Program-made: the position numbers and the translations under genes
Notes under the pieces: model-generated
What the model was told of the DNA's origin: nothing
The model's input: the letters and a program-made list of their open reading frames with translations, nothing else
Database searches by the model: none
Shown: positions 9,311 through 18,645 of the stretch, piece after piece
How positions within the stretch are numbered: position 1 is the stretch's first letter
Layout of the letters: every line of letters begins with the position of its first letter
Source of the DNA: Candidatus Latescibacterota bacterium
Lineage (GTDB): Bacteria > Latescibacterota > UBA2968 > UBA8231
NCBI GenBank assembly: GCA_965200315.1
Contig: OZ241362.1
Span: 2,528,001 to 2,592,000, forward strand
Direction: 5' to 3'
DNA: 64,000 nt

Positions 9311-11776
9311 TTACTTGAGCAGCAGCATCTTCTTGACTTCGAGGAACTCGCCGCTCGCCTCCAAGCGGTAGAAATACATCCCCGACGACAAGCTGTGCCC
9401 GCTGTCGTTGGTCGCGTCCCACTCCACGACATAGCGACCGGCACTCTGATGCTCGGCGACCAGCGTCCGCACCGGCTGACCCAGCACATTATACACCGTC
9501 AACGCCACGTCCGCCGCCTGCGGCAACGCATACTGAATCGTCGTCGCCGGGTTGAACGGATTCGGATAGTTGTCGGCCAACGAGAACACCGCCGGCCGCG
9601 TCTGCACCTGCACCGGAGCCGGCCGCGCCAAGCGGTTGAAGCCAAACGCGCTGTCATACGTCTGGGTGTCGGTGACCTCGATGCGCGTACTCTCGATCTC
9701 CACGGTCGGACGGAAAACCAAGCTCAGGGCCACCGCGCCGTCGGCGACGAGGGCGCCGTGGGTGGCCACCGTCAACACACCGGCTTGGTCGGCCAACACC
9801 TGCGGCGTAGCCAACGCGCTACCCCCCAGCGGCTGATCGGTTCGCACCTCGACGAACGCCAGCTTGTCGGCCTCATACTGCACCTGCAAGCCGTAGCCCT
9901 TGAGCGCGGTAAAGTCCGCCAAGCGCACATCGAGGACAAAGTCCTCACCCACGTTGGGCAGCGCTGTCCGCGCATCCAAGTACAGCCGCGCATCGGCATT
10001 CAGACCCGCGAACATCGGCACACGCTTACCCGCCGCCGCCGTGCTGCGACCAAAGTTGTCGGCAAACACGAAGAAGTCGTCGAAGTCAATCGCGGCGTTC
10101 GGTGCCAGGTCAAACGCCGGATCAAACCCAGCGTCCGCAGCCGTCAAACCAAAGAAATCAGCTAGAATGAAGAAGTCGTCAAAGCCCACGCGATCGTCCG
10201 CGCCGAACAGACCGAAGATCGCACGACCTTCGCTATCCACCACGCTGTTGCGCACGGCTATGGCCGTCTGTTCGACATCGGAATCCGTCTCGTTGTCCAA
10301 GTCGTAGGGCCGCACCTGATAGGTGTAGCGCACACCATTGAGCGCCGTCTCATCGACAAACGAGACTGTGCCGCGCGCAACTTGCCCGATCATAACGAAC
10401 TCGTCTTCGCCCGCAGCGCGGCGATAGATGCTGTAGCCATAGACGCCAAGGATTGGCTCGTAAGGAACCGGGCCGGTGGCTCCGGCAACGCCCTGCAAGA
10501 TCTGGTCGGACGGTGAGCGCATCCACCTCAGGACGACGCGGCCGCCCTCGTCATTGGGCGCATCCAAGGCACTGAATGACGGTACGGGAAACGGCGGGAT
10601 ATCATCGATAGCGCGAACCGCCTCTTCTGTAACAATGACTTCCGACAGTTGCACCCCACCCTCGACGCTCTGCATCCTCGGGGCCACACCTTGCGCGAAA
10701 GCGAGGGCTTCTGGCAGCAGCGAGGCGAACACCGGCGCGTCGCCTGCTTGCGCCGCTTCCCTGCTGGCCATCAGCGTCTCGGCCATCAGCTCGTAGGGCT
10801 GGTTCAGGCTTTCAGCATCAACGAACGCGGCCTTAGCAGCCTCAACAACGAGCGTGGTGCGACCGTCGCGCTCAGCGGCAATGCCCCAACGGGTGGAGAC
10901 ATTATCGAGCGTGGCGACGATGGCGCGACCCATCTCCACGCCCGGCACGGCATCCACCATGGCCCAAGGAACCATTTCATTGTTCTCCGCAGGTATTTCG
11001 CGGAAGATGCGATAGCCGTCTAGCGTCTTGTGATCGTCCGACAGGTCCCAAGACAGCAGCAAAAAGCCGCCTTGGTCGCCGAGGCCATCGGCACCCTTGT
11101 AGTCTTCGGCCACCAACGCGTTGGGAGCATCCAACGGCGGCAGCACCACCTCAATGCTGATCGCTGGCAGTGGAGCACTCGCGCCATTAGCGTCCGTAAC
11201 CGTGATCGCGACTGTGGCCGTACCTACCTCGGAGGGCGTACCCGAAATCGTCCGCGTGGCCGCGTCGTACGATACGCCAGCGGGAAGCCCTGACACACTG
11301 AGTGTATAAGGCGGGGTTCCCCCTCCCAACTGCAATATAGAGTCGTCCGGCAACGTCACCGGCTCTATAGCCGTGCCTACCTCATACGTCAAAACACCTG
11401 TTGAGGCATCCGGCGCCTGCACCTCCGACGCCTGCACCTCAATGGTAAAAGGCGGCAGCGACACACTAGCACTGACGGCGTCCGTAACAGTGTAGGTGTA
11501 CTCTGTGGCAGGGGCCGCCACTAGCGGCGTACCCGAAATCGTCCGCGTGGCCGCGTCAAACGCCAAGCCCTCAGGCAAAGCTGGCGTGAGGCTATACGCA
11601 AACGGCGGCGTACCGCCCGTGATCTCTGGCAGCGTCACCGGCTCTATAGCCGTGCCTACCTCATACGTCAGCACTACGGCATCCTGTGCATCGGCCGAGG
11701 TGGTATGAACACTGGGAAAGAAACCGCTTGCCCCTAAAAGAGCTAGCAGAAAAAAACTCGAAAACGCTCGTTTCAT
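9311..11776 (-). CDS. secreted protein: two putative Ig domains, FN3-like domains, dockerin/EF-hand-like duplication, cohesin-like domain, FlgD/T9SS-like C-terminus
   Basis: AGGAGAG RBS; signal peptide; FDAATRTISGTP and YDAATRTISGTP; FVDETALNGVRYTYQV (FN3-like); VGFDDFFILADFFG...IDFDDFFVFADNFG; NYPNPFNP. Confidence 0.85.
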   Translation of the reverse strand: MKRAFSSFFLLALLGASGFFPSVHTTSADAQDAVVLTYEVGTAIEPVTLPEITGGTPPFAYSLTPALPEGLAFDAATRTISGTPLVAAPATEYTYTVTDAVSASVSLPPFTIEVQASEVQAPDASTGVLTYEVGTAIEPVTLPDDSILQLGGGTPPYTLSVSGLPAGVSYDAATRTISGTPSEVGTATVAITVTDANGASAPLPAISIEVVLPPLDAPNALVAEDYKGADGLGDQGGFLLLSWDLSDDHKTLDGYRIFREIPAENNEMVPWAMVDAVPGVEMGRAIVATLDNVSTRWGIAAERDGRTTLVVEAAKAAFVDAESLNQPYELMAETLMASREAAQAGDAPVFASLLPEALAFAQGVAPRMQSVEGGVQLSEVIVTEEAVRAIDDIPPFPVPSFSALDAPNDEGGRVVLRWMRSPSDQILQGVAGATGPVPYEPILGVYGYSIYRRAAGEDEFVMIGQVARGTVSFVDETALNGVRYTYQVRPYDLDNETDSDVEQTAIAVRNSVVDSEGRAIFGLFGADDRVGFDDFFILADFFGLTAADAGFDPAFDLAPNAAIDFDDFFVFADNFGRSTAAAGKRVPMFAGLNADARLYLDARTALPNVGEDFVLDVRLADFTALKGYGLQVQYEADKLAFVEVRTDQPLGGSALATPQVLADQAGVLTVATHGALVADGAVALSLVFRPTVEIESTRIEVTDTQTYDSAFGFNRLARPAPVQVQTRPAVFSLADNYPNPFNPATTIQYALPQAADVALTVYNVLGQPVRTLVAEHQSAGRYVVEWDATNDSGHSLSSGMYFYRLEASGEFLEVKKMLLLK

Positions 11777-11941
11777 GGTTCTCTCCTTGAAAGTAGTAAT
11801 GGTAACTTAGCAGACACTTGTTCATCGTAGCGCAATAGCAAGGGAAACTGGCCCTTGACGACTGGCCCGAAAGTTTCTTATAACAATTCTTAGTTATTAA
11901 AGATAATAATCACAAGCACTTTTTCGCAATCTGGCGGCTGC

Positions 11942-12787
11942 ATGATAATCGACGTCCACAGCCACGCTTGGCAATATCCCGAGCATTTCACCGACCAATT
12001 TCGCCAACAAGCGGCCCAAGTGGCCAAAGCAGACGGGTCCCTCGATCTAACCGTAACTTATGCTGCCTATCGCGCGGGCGCACAAAACTGCGACAAGACC
12101 ATCGTCTTCGGCGGCAAGGCCCGACGCTCTGGCGTCTGGATTGACGACCGCTATGTCGCCGATTACGTCGCCGCTCACCCAGAGGCACTGATCGGCTTCC
12201 TCTCGCTCGACCCCACCCAAGATGGCTGGCAGCAAGAAATGGCTTACGGTCATCAAGACCTCGGCCTCAAGGGCATCAAATTGCTTTCCATGTACGCCGG
12301 CTTCTATCCGTACGACCACAGCCTCGACCCGCTGTGGCACTACGCCGCCGAGCACGGCCTGCCCGTGCTGCTGCACACCGGCACCACTTTCGTCGCCCAA
12401 GCCCCGATCGACTGCACCTTGCCGCGCCATCTCGACCCAGTGGCCATCCGCTTCCCGCAGGTCAAGATTATCATGGCCCATCTAGCGCATCCCTACGAGG
12501 GCGAGTGCGTGGCCGTCATCCGCAAACATCCCAACGTGTACGCCGACGTCAGCGCCCTCCACTATCGGCCCTTCCAGCTCTACCACAGCCTGATGCTGGT
12601 GCAGGAATACGGAGTCTGGCACAAGTTGCTCTTTGGCAGCGACTATCCCTTTACGACGATTGACGCCTCCATTGAGGCGCTGTACGGATTGAATAAAATG
12701 CTCGATGGCACGGCTCTACCGCGCTTGGACGAGCGCGAGATTCACGCCTTAATCCACCGCGACAGCCTCGACATTTTGGGGCTTTAA
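11942..12787 (+). CDS. amidohydrolase family protein (Amidohydro_2)
   Basis: IIDVHSH, LLHTG, IMAHLAHP and LLFGSDYP motifs. Confidence 0.9.
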   Translation: MIIDVHSHAWQYPEHFTDQFRQQAAQVAKADGSLDLTVTYAAYRAGAQNCDKTIVFGGKARRSGVWIDDRYVADYVAAHPEALIGFLSLDPTQDGWQQEMAYGHQDLGLKGIKLLSMYAGFYPYDHSLDPLWHYAAEHGLPVLLHTGTTFVAQAPIDCTLPRHLDPVAIRFPQVKIIMAHLAHPYEGECVAVIRKHPNVYADVSALHYRPFQLYHSLMLVQEYGVWHKLLFGSDYPFTTIDASIEALYGLNKMLDGTALPRLDEREIHALIHRDSLDILGL

Positions 12788-12817
12788 GGCTTGTGCCAGA
12801 TCGCTTTTTCTCAATTA

Positions 12818-12853
12818 ATAGCTCTAGCTCCTAGTAATATAGCTCTAGCTCCT
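12818..12853. repeat. 15-bp direct repeat with 21-bp period upstream of TonB-receptor remnant
   Basis: ATAGCTCTAGCTCCT at 12818 and 12839. Confidence 0.8.
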
Positions 12854-12882
12854 CCATCCACTTCTTTCAAAGGAATCGCTCT

Positions 12883-13738
12883 ATGAAGTACTTACTTTTT
12901 AGTGCGTTGTCCCTCTTCCTTGTCCGCGCACCTGTGGTGGCTGAAGACGAAGCGGATGCAGAGGATGTCTATGAAATGGGAGAAGTGATCATCATCGACT
13001 CCAAGCAGCCGCAGACGCCGGGGAATGTAACCCAGAAAATCTCCATTTCTCCATTATCACCACCGATGAACTGGGCTCTTTAGTCCTCGGCAACGGCAAC
13101 CTACTCCTACACCCCAGGCAAAGTGCGCCGCCGGCAATCTGCATCTCTTCTTCGGGGGGCACCACGAGGATTCGGATTACACCTACTACGGAACCTTTGA
13201 CGAGGGGGGCAACAGAAACTCTTGGCTGAATATGGATGACGACCCTGAGTATGAGAAAACCAAGATGTACATGCGAGGGACCTATTTCCTCGACGACAGC
13301 GGCCAACGGGCCTCCATCTACGCCCACCGCACCTAGCACACCGGCGATACCGGACGCATCAATCGGGACTTCGGCCGCATCTACACCACCCTGAACGCCG
13401 GATACGCGACCCCAATCTCCGACAAAGCCACCGTCCAAGCCAAGGTCGGCTACCGCGACTACGTACGCCGCTGGGAGTTGGAGATCACTCACCGCCTCGA
13501 CGAGACAGTGGAGTGGTTCGCCAACTACACCTACACCAATGCCGAGGTGAAGGAGCACGAGGAAGAGAGCAAGGTCGGTGCCAAGATCAACTTTGTGCCG
13601 CAGAACGCCATAGGTGCCGGGGTTCACCTTACCTTTCCGCAGGGCTTGCGGGCGACGGTCACTGTGCAGTCTTACAGCGGCATCTACCAAGACATCAACA
13701 AGGATTCCGCCCCCCTCGACGGGTACATCTTGGTGAAT
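12883..13738 (+). pseudogene. TonB-dependent receptor remnant with several deletions and an in-frame stop
   Basis: Signal peptide and YEMGEVIIIDSK...NVTQKIS TonB-box-like start; barrel-like pieces LNAGYATP, WFANYTYTNAEV, LDGYILVN; in-frame TAG near 13334. Confidence 0.75.
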
Positions 13739-14241
13739 AGTTCCTCAGTGACCCGTACAAGCTACAAACGATTGTCCACCGGACTATGGGCAACCTGCAC
13801 AATTCGAGCTGGGCCAAGCTGAACTCCGCAGCCCCGGGGGTGGGTATCGGCGTGGTCTGGCTCTTCCTCTTTCGCTGGCGCATGAACGTGCTGGCCCAAG
13901 GCGACGAAGAAGCGCGCGCCGTCGGCCTGAACCCAGAGCGAGAGCGGGTGCTGATCCTCATTCCGGCAACCTTAGCCGCTTCGGCGACGATTGCCGTGGC
14001 TGGCGTCATCAGCATGATTGGCCTCGCCGTGCCGCACATGGTGCGCATGATGCTGGGGTCAGACAACCGCCACACCCTGCCGGCCTCCTTTGCCTTTGGT
14101 GGGGCCTTTCTGCTGCTGGTCGATACCTGCTCGCGCACGTTGGCCTCCTTTGAAATTCCGGTCGGGGTCTTCACTACCCTGCTCGGCGGGCCGTTTTTCA
14201 TCTTCCTTCTCAAAAAGGCGCGAATCGGATGGGAGACTTAG
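13739..14241 (+). pseudogene. FecCD/BtuC-family ABC permease, C-terminal fragment
   Basis: MNVLAQGDEEARAVG, GVISMIGLAVPHMVR, EIPVGVFTTLLGGPFF; N-terminal half missing. Confidence 0.85.
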
Positions 14242-14274
14242 CAGCAGCCATTCATGATGCCTAAGAGGTGATTT

Positions 14275-14351
14275 AGTGGTCAGTGGCCAGTAGCCAGTGG
14301 TTGGTCCCCCCGGCCCCTAGGGTGCGGTGCGGCGACTGGCCAGTGACCACT
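14275..14351. repeat. heptamer-based (CAGTGGT-like) inverted repeat between convergent genes
   Basis: AGTGGTCAGTGGCCAGT (14275-14291) pairs 16/17 with ACTGGCCAGTGACCACT (14335-14351); similar heptamers at ~30557-30586. Confidence 0.7.
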
Positions 14352-14354
14352 CTC

Positions 14355-15431
14355 TCAGCCGCTGTTCAGAATTATATCGCGGTCGTCGCCGCGCAGCGGC
14401 AACTCAACCCAAGCACCGCCAGCGCGGTGGGAGGCATGAAAGGCAATGATCGCCTCTAGGGTACGCACGGCTTCCCTCGCGTCGTAGGAGAAAGGTCTCC
14501 ATCCGTCGAGCCAATTGACAATCTCGGCAACGGCTCGGTCCATGCCGCTGTCCGGGGAGGCATCGGGCAAAAACTCGCGGTCGTCGCCGCGCACGATCTC
14601 AATGTCGCGGTTGCGGCAGATGGCGTAGCCTTCGGTGCCGTGGAAGCGGTGGCGCAGTGGCGCAGTGCCGTAGTCGGCCGCGTCAACGGTGCAAATCAAG
14701 TCGCCCTGCGGCGCGCCATCGGCTGCGGGCAAATCGCGTCCAAGTCGTAGCAAGCCCCAGCCGCCGGGATCGGTGAAGGCTGCGCCGCGACAGTCGGGTT
14801 TCCCCGACAGGTCGAGAGTGCCGGAGACAGCGGTCACCGGCAGGCCGGTGACCATTTGCACGGCGTCGATCATGTGCGTACCGACGTTGCCGAGGCGGCC
14901 AGAGGTCCACTGGAGCGAGGCCGAGGTCAACGTGCCGAGGGCACCAGCGGCGATGCGGTCGCGCAGCACCCGGTAGCCGGGGTGGAAGCGCAGGTTGTGG
15001 TTGATGACGAGCAGAGCATCGGCCTTGTTGCAGGTGGACAGCATGCCCTCGGCCTCGGCGACCGTCGCCGCAACGGGCTTTTCGCAGTAGATGGCGCGAG
15101 CGCCAGCTTCTACTGCCGCTTGGGTGATCTCGGCGTGGACGGGGGTGTACGTGGCGATCGAGACGATGTCGAGGGGCGCGGCTGCGCGGAGCATCTCGCG
15201 CCAGTCGGCGAACACGGGCACCTCGTAGCGTGCATGGAAGCGCTCGCGCCGCCCACCGTCGCGGCTGCTGCCAGCAACTAAATCGATCCGGTCGTGGTTG
15301 CACAGTGCCTCCACGTGCGTACCGTCGAGGTCCTCGACGCGCTGGCCGAGGGCGTCGCCCGAGACCTGATCCGCACCTCCGATAAAGCCCAATCCCACGA
15401 TCGCTGCACGGTATCTCGTTTCTTCTGCCAT
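14355..15431 (-). CDS. Gfo/Idh/MocA family oxidoreductase
   Basis: AAIVGLGFIG Rossmann motif, IYCEKP, GTHMID; AAGGAGG RBS. Confidence 0.9.
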   Translation of the reverse strand: MAEETRYRAAIVGLGFIGGADQVSGDALGQRVEDLDGTHVEALCNHDRIDLVAGSSRDGGRRERFHARYEVPVFADWREMLRAAAPLDIVSIATYTPVHAEITQAAVEAGARAIYCEKPVAATVAEAEGMLSTCNKADALLVINHNLRFHPGYRVLRDRIAAGALGTLTSASLQWTSGRLGNVGTHMIDAVQMVTGLPVTAVSGTLDLSGKPDCRGAAFTDPGGWGLLRLGRDLPAADGAPQGDLICTVDAADYGTAPLRHRFHGTEGYAICRNRDIEIVRGDDREFLPDASPDSGMDRAVAEIVNWLDGWRPFSYDAREAVRTLEAIIAFHASHRAGGAWVELPLRGDDRDIILNSG

Positions 15432-15507
15432 GGTGTTCCTCCTTAGACGTTGCTCCAAACCCATCAGGCCCCGAGGCCAAGTACCGGGGATTCGTAATTC
15501 CTAATTC

Positions 15508-16656
15508 CTAAATTCTCAAGCCGAGCACACGCGCACAGGCACCTCCCATGATCGCAGTTAGCTCTTCGGCAGAGAGGAACTCGCAATAGTCCTCAATCCA
15601 GCGGCGCGACTGGCGATAGGTGCAAAACCGGTTTTGGAAGGGCATGTCAGTACCCCACAGCAGCCGCTCGGCACCAATGCGCTCGACCATCTGCTCAAGC
15701 GTCGGCCACAGCTCGCGGTATGGGTAGTCGAACAAATCGCCGAGGCGCACCGGGAAGCAGACCTCCAAGCTCAGATTCGGATTGTCGAAGGGGGCCCATA
15801 TCTCGTCGGGCAGTTCGATCCGGCTGGGAGAACCGGCGGGATCATCGTCGAGGAAGAGACGCCACGGGAAGCCGTGCGTGAGGCTGCACAACACATCCGG
15901 GTAGCGCTCCATCCAACGCACCAAGATGTCGAGCTCGGCCAAGTAGCCGCGACGACGGCTCTCTGCGGTCTGCAACACCGATGCTTCGCCCGGCCCGGTG
16001 CCGAGCGTAAAAAACACGGGCACGCCGAGCGCGGCCACTGCCTCCCAGAACGGACGCAGATGCTCCCCGTCCCACGGATCGGAACGATAGTAGTAAGCGT
16101 GGGGCGGGTTGAACTTGATCGCGTGCAGACCATGCCGCTCGACGGCGGCGACGGTCTCGGTGATAACGGCATCGAGTTCGCCGGCCAAGCGCCACTCATC
16201 GACAGGGGCCATCGAATAGATGCGCTCTGGATCGACGGCGACTGACTCCGCTTGGAACGCGGGATCGCGGCCCAGCATGGCATCGACGTGCAACAGGACC
16301 TTATCGACGCCAGCGTAGTCCATCTCGGCCAGTAGGTTGTGCGGCGTGTACTCCAAGTGGGGCAAATTGGGCGGATAGAACTGCTTGGTGAAGTCCTCAC
16401 CGTCAATTGTCCACACCACTCGTCCCTTGTAGTGGTCAACGCGAAAGTTGACGTCGGGTAGGTTGTCGAAGTCCATGGCCCCACCGGGAGCTGCCAGCAC
16501 ATCGGAAGAAGCCGGTGCGCGGTCGCGGATGCGCCAAGCAGGCTGGTGGTGGGAGGCCTGACCGCCTTGGACCCAGCGCAGGTGGTCGGCGGCGGTGGGA
16601 TGCCCGGCCGGAGAGTCGGCGGGGGGGAAGCAGTAGGCGTGGGAGTCGATAATCAT
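15508..16656 (-). CDS. amidohydrolase family protein
   Basis: MIIDSHAY and RLLWGTDMP motifs. Confidence 0.85.
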   Translation of the reverse strand: MIIDSHAYCFPPADSPAGHPTAADHLRWVQGGQASHHQPAWRIRDRAPASSDVLAAPGGAMDFDNLPDVNFRVDHYKGRVVWTIDGEDFTKQFYPPNLPHLEYTPHNLLAEMDYAGVDKVLLHVDAMLGRDPAFQAESVAVDPERIYSMAPVDEWRLAGELDAVITETVAAVERHGLHAIKFNPPHAYYYRSDPWDGEHLRPFWEAVAALGVPVFFTLGTGPGEASVLQTAESRRRGYLAELDILVRWMERYPDVLCSLTHGFPWRLFLDDDPAGSPSRIELPDEIWAPFDNPNLSLEVCFPVRLGDLFDYPYRELWPTLEQMVERIGAERLLWGTDMPFQNRFCTYRQSRRWIEDYCEFLSAEELTAIMGGACARVLGLRI

Positions 16657-16686
16657 GGGCAGCACCTTGGCAGTCGCGGCCAGAAG

Positions 16687-17592
16687 TCACGAGAGCTCGC
16701 GCGCAAATTCATAAGTCCAGTCGACGACTCGGAAACCGTGGTTGGTATAGAATAGGAAAGCGCGGTCGTTGTCAAAAGCGGTGCTGATGGCACCGTGGCG
16801 ATAGCCGCGCTCGCGCGCCAAGTACATGGCGTGTGCCAGCAGGAAGCGTCCGAGGCCGCGACCTTGGTGTTCCTCTTCCACGCCGAGCCAGTCGCAGAAC
16901 GCGAAGTCGTGGGCCTCGTCGGCAGAAGAGGATTCGGCACCGCTGACCAACTCGCACTCGCCGATACCCTCGCCATCCTGAATGGCTCGGACCCGCAATC
17001 CCGGTCGGAGACCGGCCCCGGGGCGATTCTCGACGCAAAGCTCGTAGTCGAGGCCGCTAGCATCGCCAGCCAGCTTCGGCTGCATGTCCAGCCAGTCGAG
17101 AAACACTTCGCCGCCGGTCTTGGCGTAGCCGTGGAAGCGCACCAGAGCCTGCACGTGGTCGAGGTGATCGGACAGGTAGGCGTGGGGGAAGGCGTAAAAC
17201 AGGTAACGCCAAGGTTGCGGCATGACGACGCTGCGCCGCAGATCCCGTTCGTGCATCCAAAATTCGGCCGCGGCCAACAGCGCATCGCCCACAGCGCGCT
17301 CGCCGCGGCGGTAGGCTAAAAAGCGAATCACGCCGATCTCATCCTTCTGCCACTTGTTCGTCGCTTGGCGGCCGACGTGGACGAATCCGTCGCCACCTGA
17401 GCCTGCCACAAGGACCTCCTGCTCGAGAAGCTGCGTTTCCTCGCGCTCGATTTCACCTGCCTGCAGCGTTTCATCCAGAGAGGATGGTGCCACCGGCCAG
17501 CAGTGAGGAACGCGGCCAACGAGCAGTGTGTTGTAAAGGTCGCAGATGGCGGACAGATCGTCCGTCAAATAGGGTCGGATCGCGATTGTCAT
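16687..17592 (-). CDS. GNAT N-acetyltransferase (two-domain)
   Basis: LGVEEEHQGRGLGRFLL acetyl-CoA motif; NDRAFLFYTNHGF. Confidence 0.85.
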   Translation of the reverse strand: MTIAIRPYLTDDLSAICDLYNTLLVGRVPHCWPVAPSSLDETLQAGEIEREETQLLEQEVLVAGSGGDGFVHVGRQATNKWQKDEIGVIRFLAYRRGERAVGDALLAAAEFWMHERDLRRSVVMPQPWRYLFYAFPHAYLSDHLDHVQALVRFHGYAKTGGEVFLDWLDMQPKLAGDASGLDYELCVENRPGAGLRPGLRVRAIQDGEGIGECELVSGAESSSADEAHDFAFCDWLGVEEEHQGRGLGRFLLAHAMYLARERGYRHGAISTAFDNDRAFLFYTNHGFRVVDWTYEFARELS

Positions 17593-17938
17593 GGTCGGCA
17601 AGAACGGAGGACAAGCGCGGCATCGGCTCACGTGAAACGCATGGGCGTCAGCACGATGCAGTCGTTTCTCCTAGATACATCTAACTAACTATCTGAGTCC
17701 TCTATGGAATATTTATCCTGTCCAAAGAAGGCTATATCTCTTAGAGAATGATGTCAACGAAAAGGGTCGTTTGGAAGTCTTAGCACATCGAATTCAAGGA
17801 TAGAGAGCAGCTTGACCCACTATCAGAAACGCCGTTTTATTCGGTCCTATCCACTGTCGCCTCCAACCTCGTACAACCATGACTCCAAATACCTCAAGAT
17901 ATTCTCTGCGCCGAAATCACCCGCCGTGTCATGGGGTC

Positions 17939-18142
17939 ATGCCCAAGAAAATCAGAGAATTAATCCAAGCCTTAAGAAAAGCGGGATTTTACGAAATTTC
18001 TGGTGGAGGCAAAGGATCGCATAGAAACTTTGCCCATGACCGATATCACAGCGTCGTTACACTCAGCAAAAATCTTGGGAATGACGCAAAACCGTATCAA
18101 GAAAAGCAAGTTCAAGGCGCAATGAAGCAACTTGAAAAATGA
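17939..18142 (+). CDS. hicA: HicA-family toxin
   Basis: MPKKIRELIQAL...GGGKGSHRNF...DAKPYQEKQV typical HicA pattern. Confidence 0.85.
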   Translation: MPKKIRELIQALRKAGFYEISGGGKGSHRNFAHDRYHSVVTLSKNLGNDAKPYQEKQVQGAMKQLEK

Positions 18143-18309
18143 AAGCCATTGATAGATATCATAAGCGACCGCTCGTGGATCGCTTCTCGGGCGACGGCCG
18201 CTGGATTCAGCGGCTACCCATCGCGAGTGCAGTGGTCATCATCATCGTCGGCTGCGCCATAACCTTCAAAACGCTGATGGACTCGGGGGTTATTCTCATC
18301 AATGTGTGA
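18139..18309 (+). pseudogene. HicB-like N-terminal stub fused in frame to the C-terminus of a membrane protein (RcnA/NiCoT-like tail)
   Basis: ATGA overlap with hicA; MKAIDRYHK then RPLVDRFSGDGRWIQRLPIASAVVIIIVG. Confidence 0.55.
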
Positions 18310-18444
18310 GCATTGAGAAGCAGCGAAGTTCTAGAAAAAGATGTCCCGCCACTACGCGGTAATGGTCATGTGTGGTGCTTGACTTGATTATTGGAACTTA
18401 TATCTTTGGAGCATTGAACCCTGTTCAACAGGAGCCTTCTCCCC

Positions 18445-18645
18445 ATGAAATTCCTCCACCACTTCCTGTTAGGCTTCGCCACGCTTTTTGACCTCGCCGG
18501 CCTCCTAACTACGGAAAAGCGCACCGCGTTGCCGCAATGCTCCGATGCCGAAGCTATTTACTCCGATTGGCTAGCTGTCTTTGGAGATCTACAGGATGCT
18601 TTTCAAACGGTGACGAATGGCCCGGCGAAAGAAGAAACCGTCTAA
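18445..18645 (+). CDS. small hypothetical protein upstream of DUF2335 gene
   Basis: AGGAG RBS; SDAEAIYSDWLAVFGDL motif; overlaps next gene. Confidence 0.6.
   Translation: MKFLHHFLLGFATLFDLAGLLTTEKRTALPQCSDAEAIYSDWLAVFGDLQDAFQTVTNGPAKEETV

Noticed and set aside
1503-11708. Many plus-strand ORFs overlapping the large minus-strand genes
   Set aside because: Antisense shadows typical of GC-rich coding DNA; no recognisable motifs.
1515-11776. Repeats as a CRISPR array or DGR template/variable repeats
   Set aside because: The repeats are in frame within coding domains and irregularly spaced; there are no cas or reverse transcriptase genes and no obvious adenine-specific mismatch pattern.
13334-13336. 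In-frame TAG as pyrrolysine or readthrough recoding
   Set aside because: It lies in a gene already broken by multiple deletions; simple nonsense decay is more likely.
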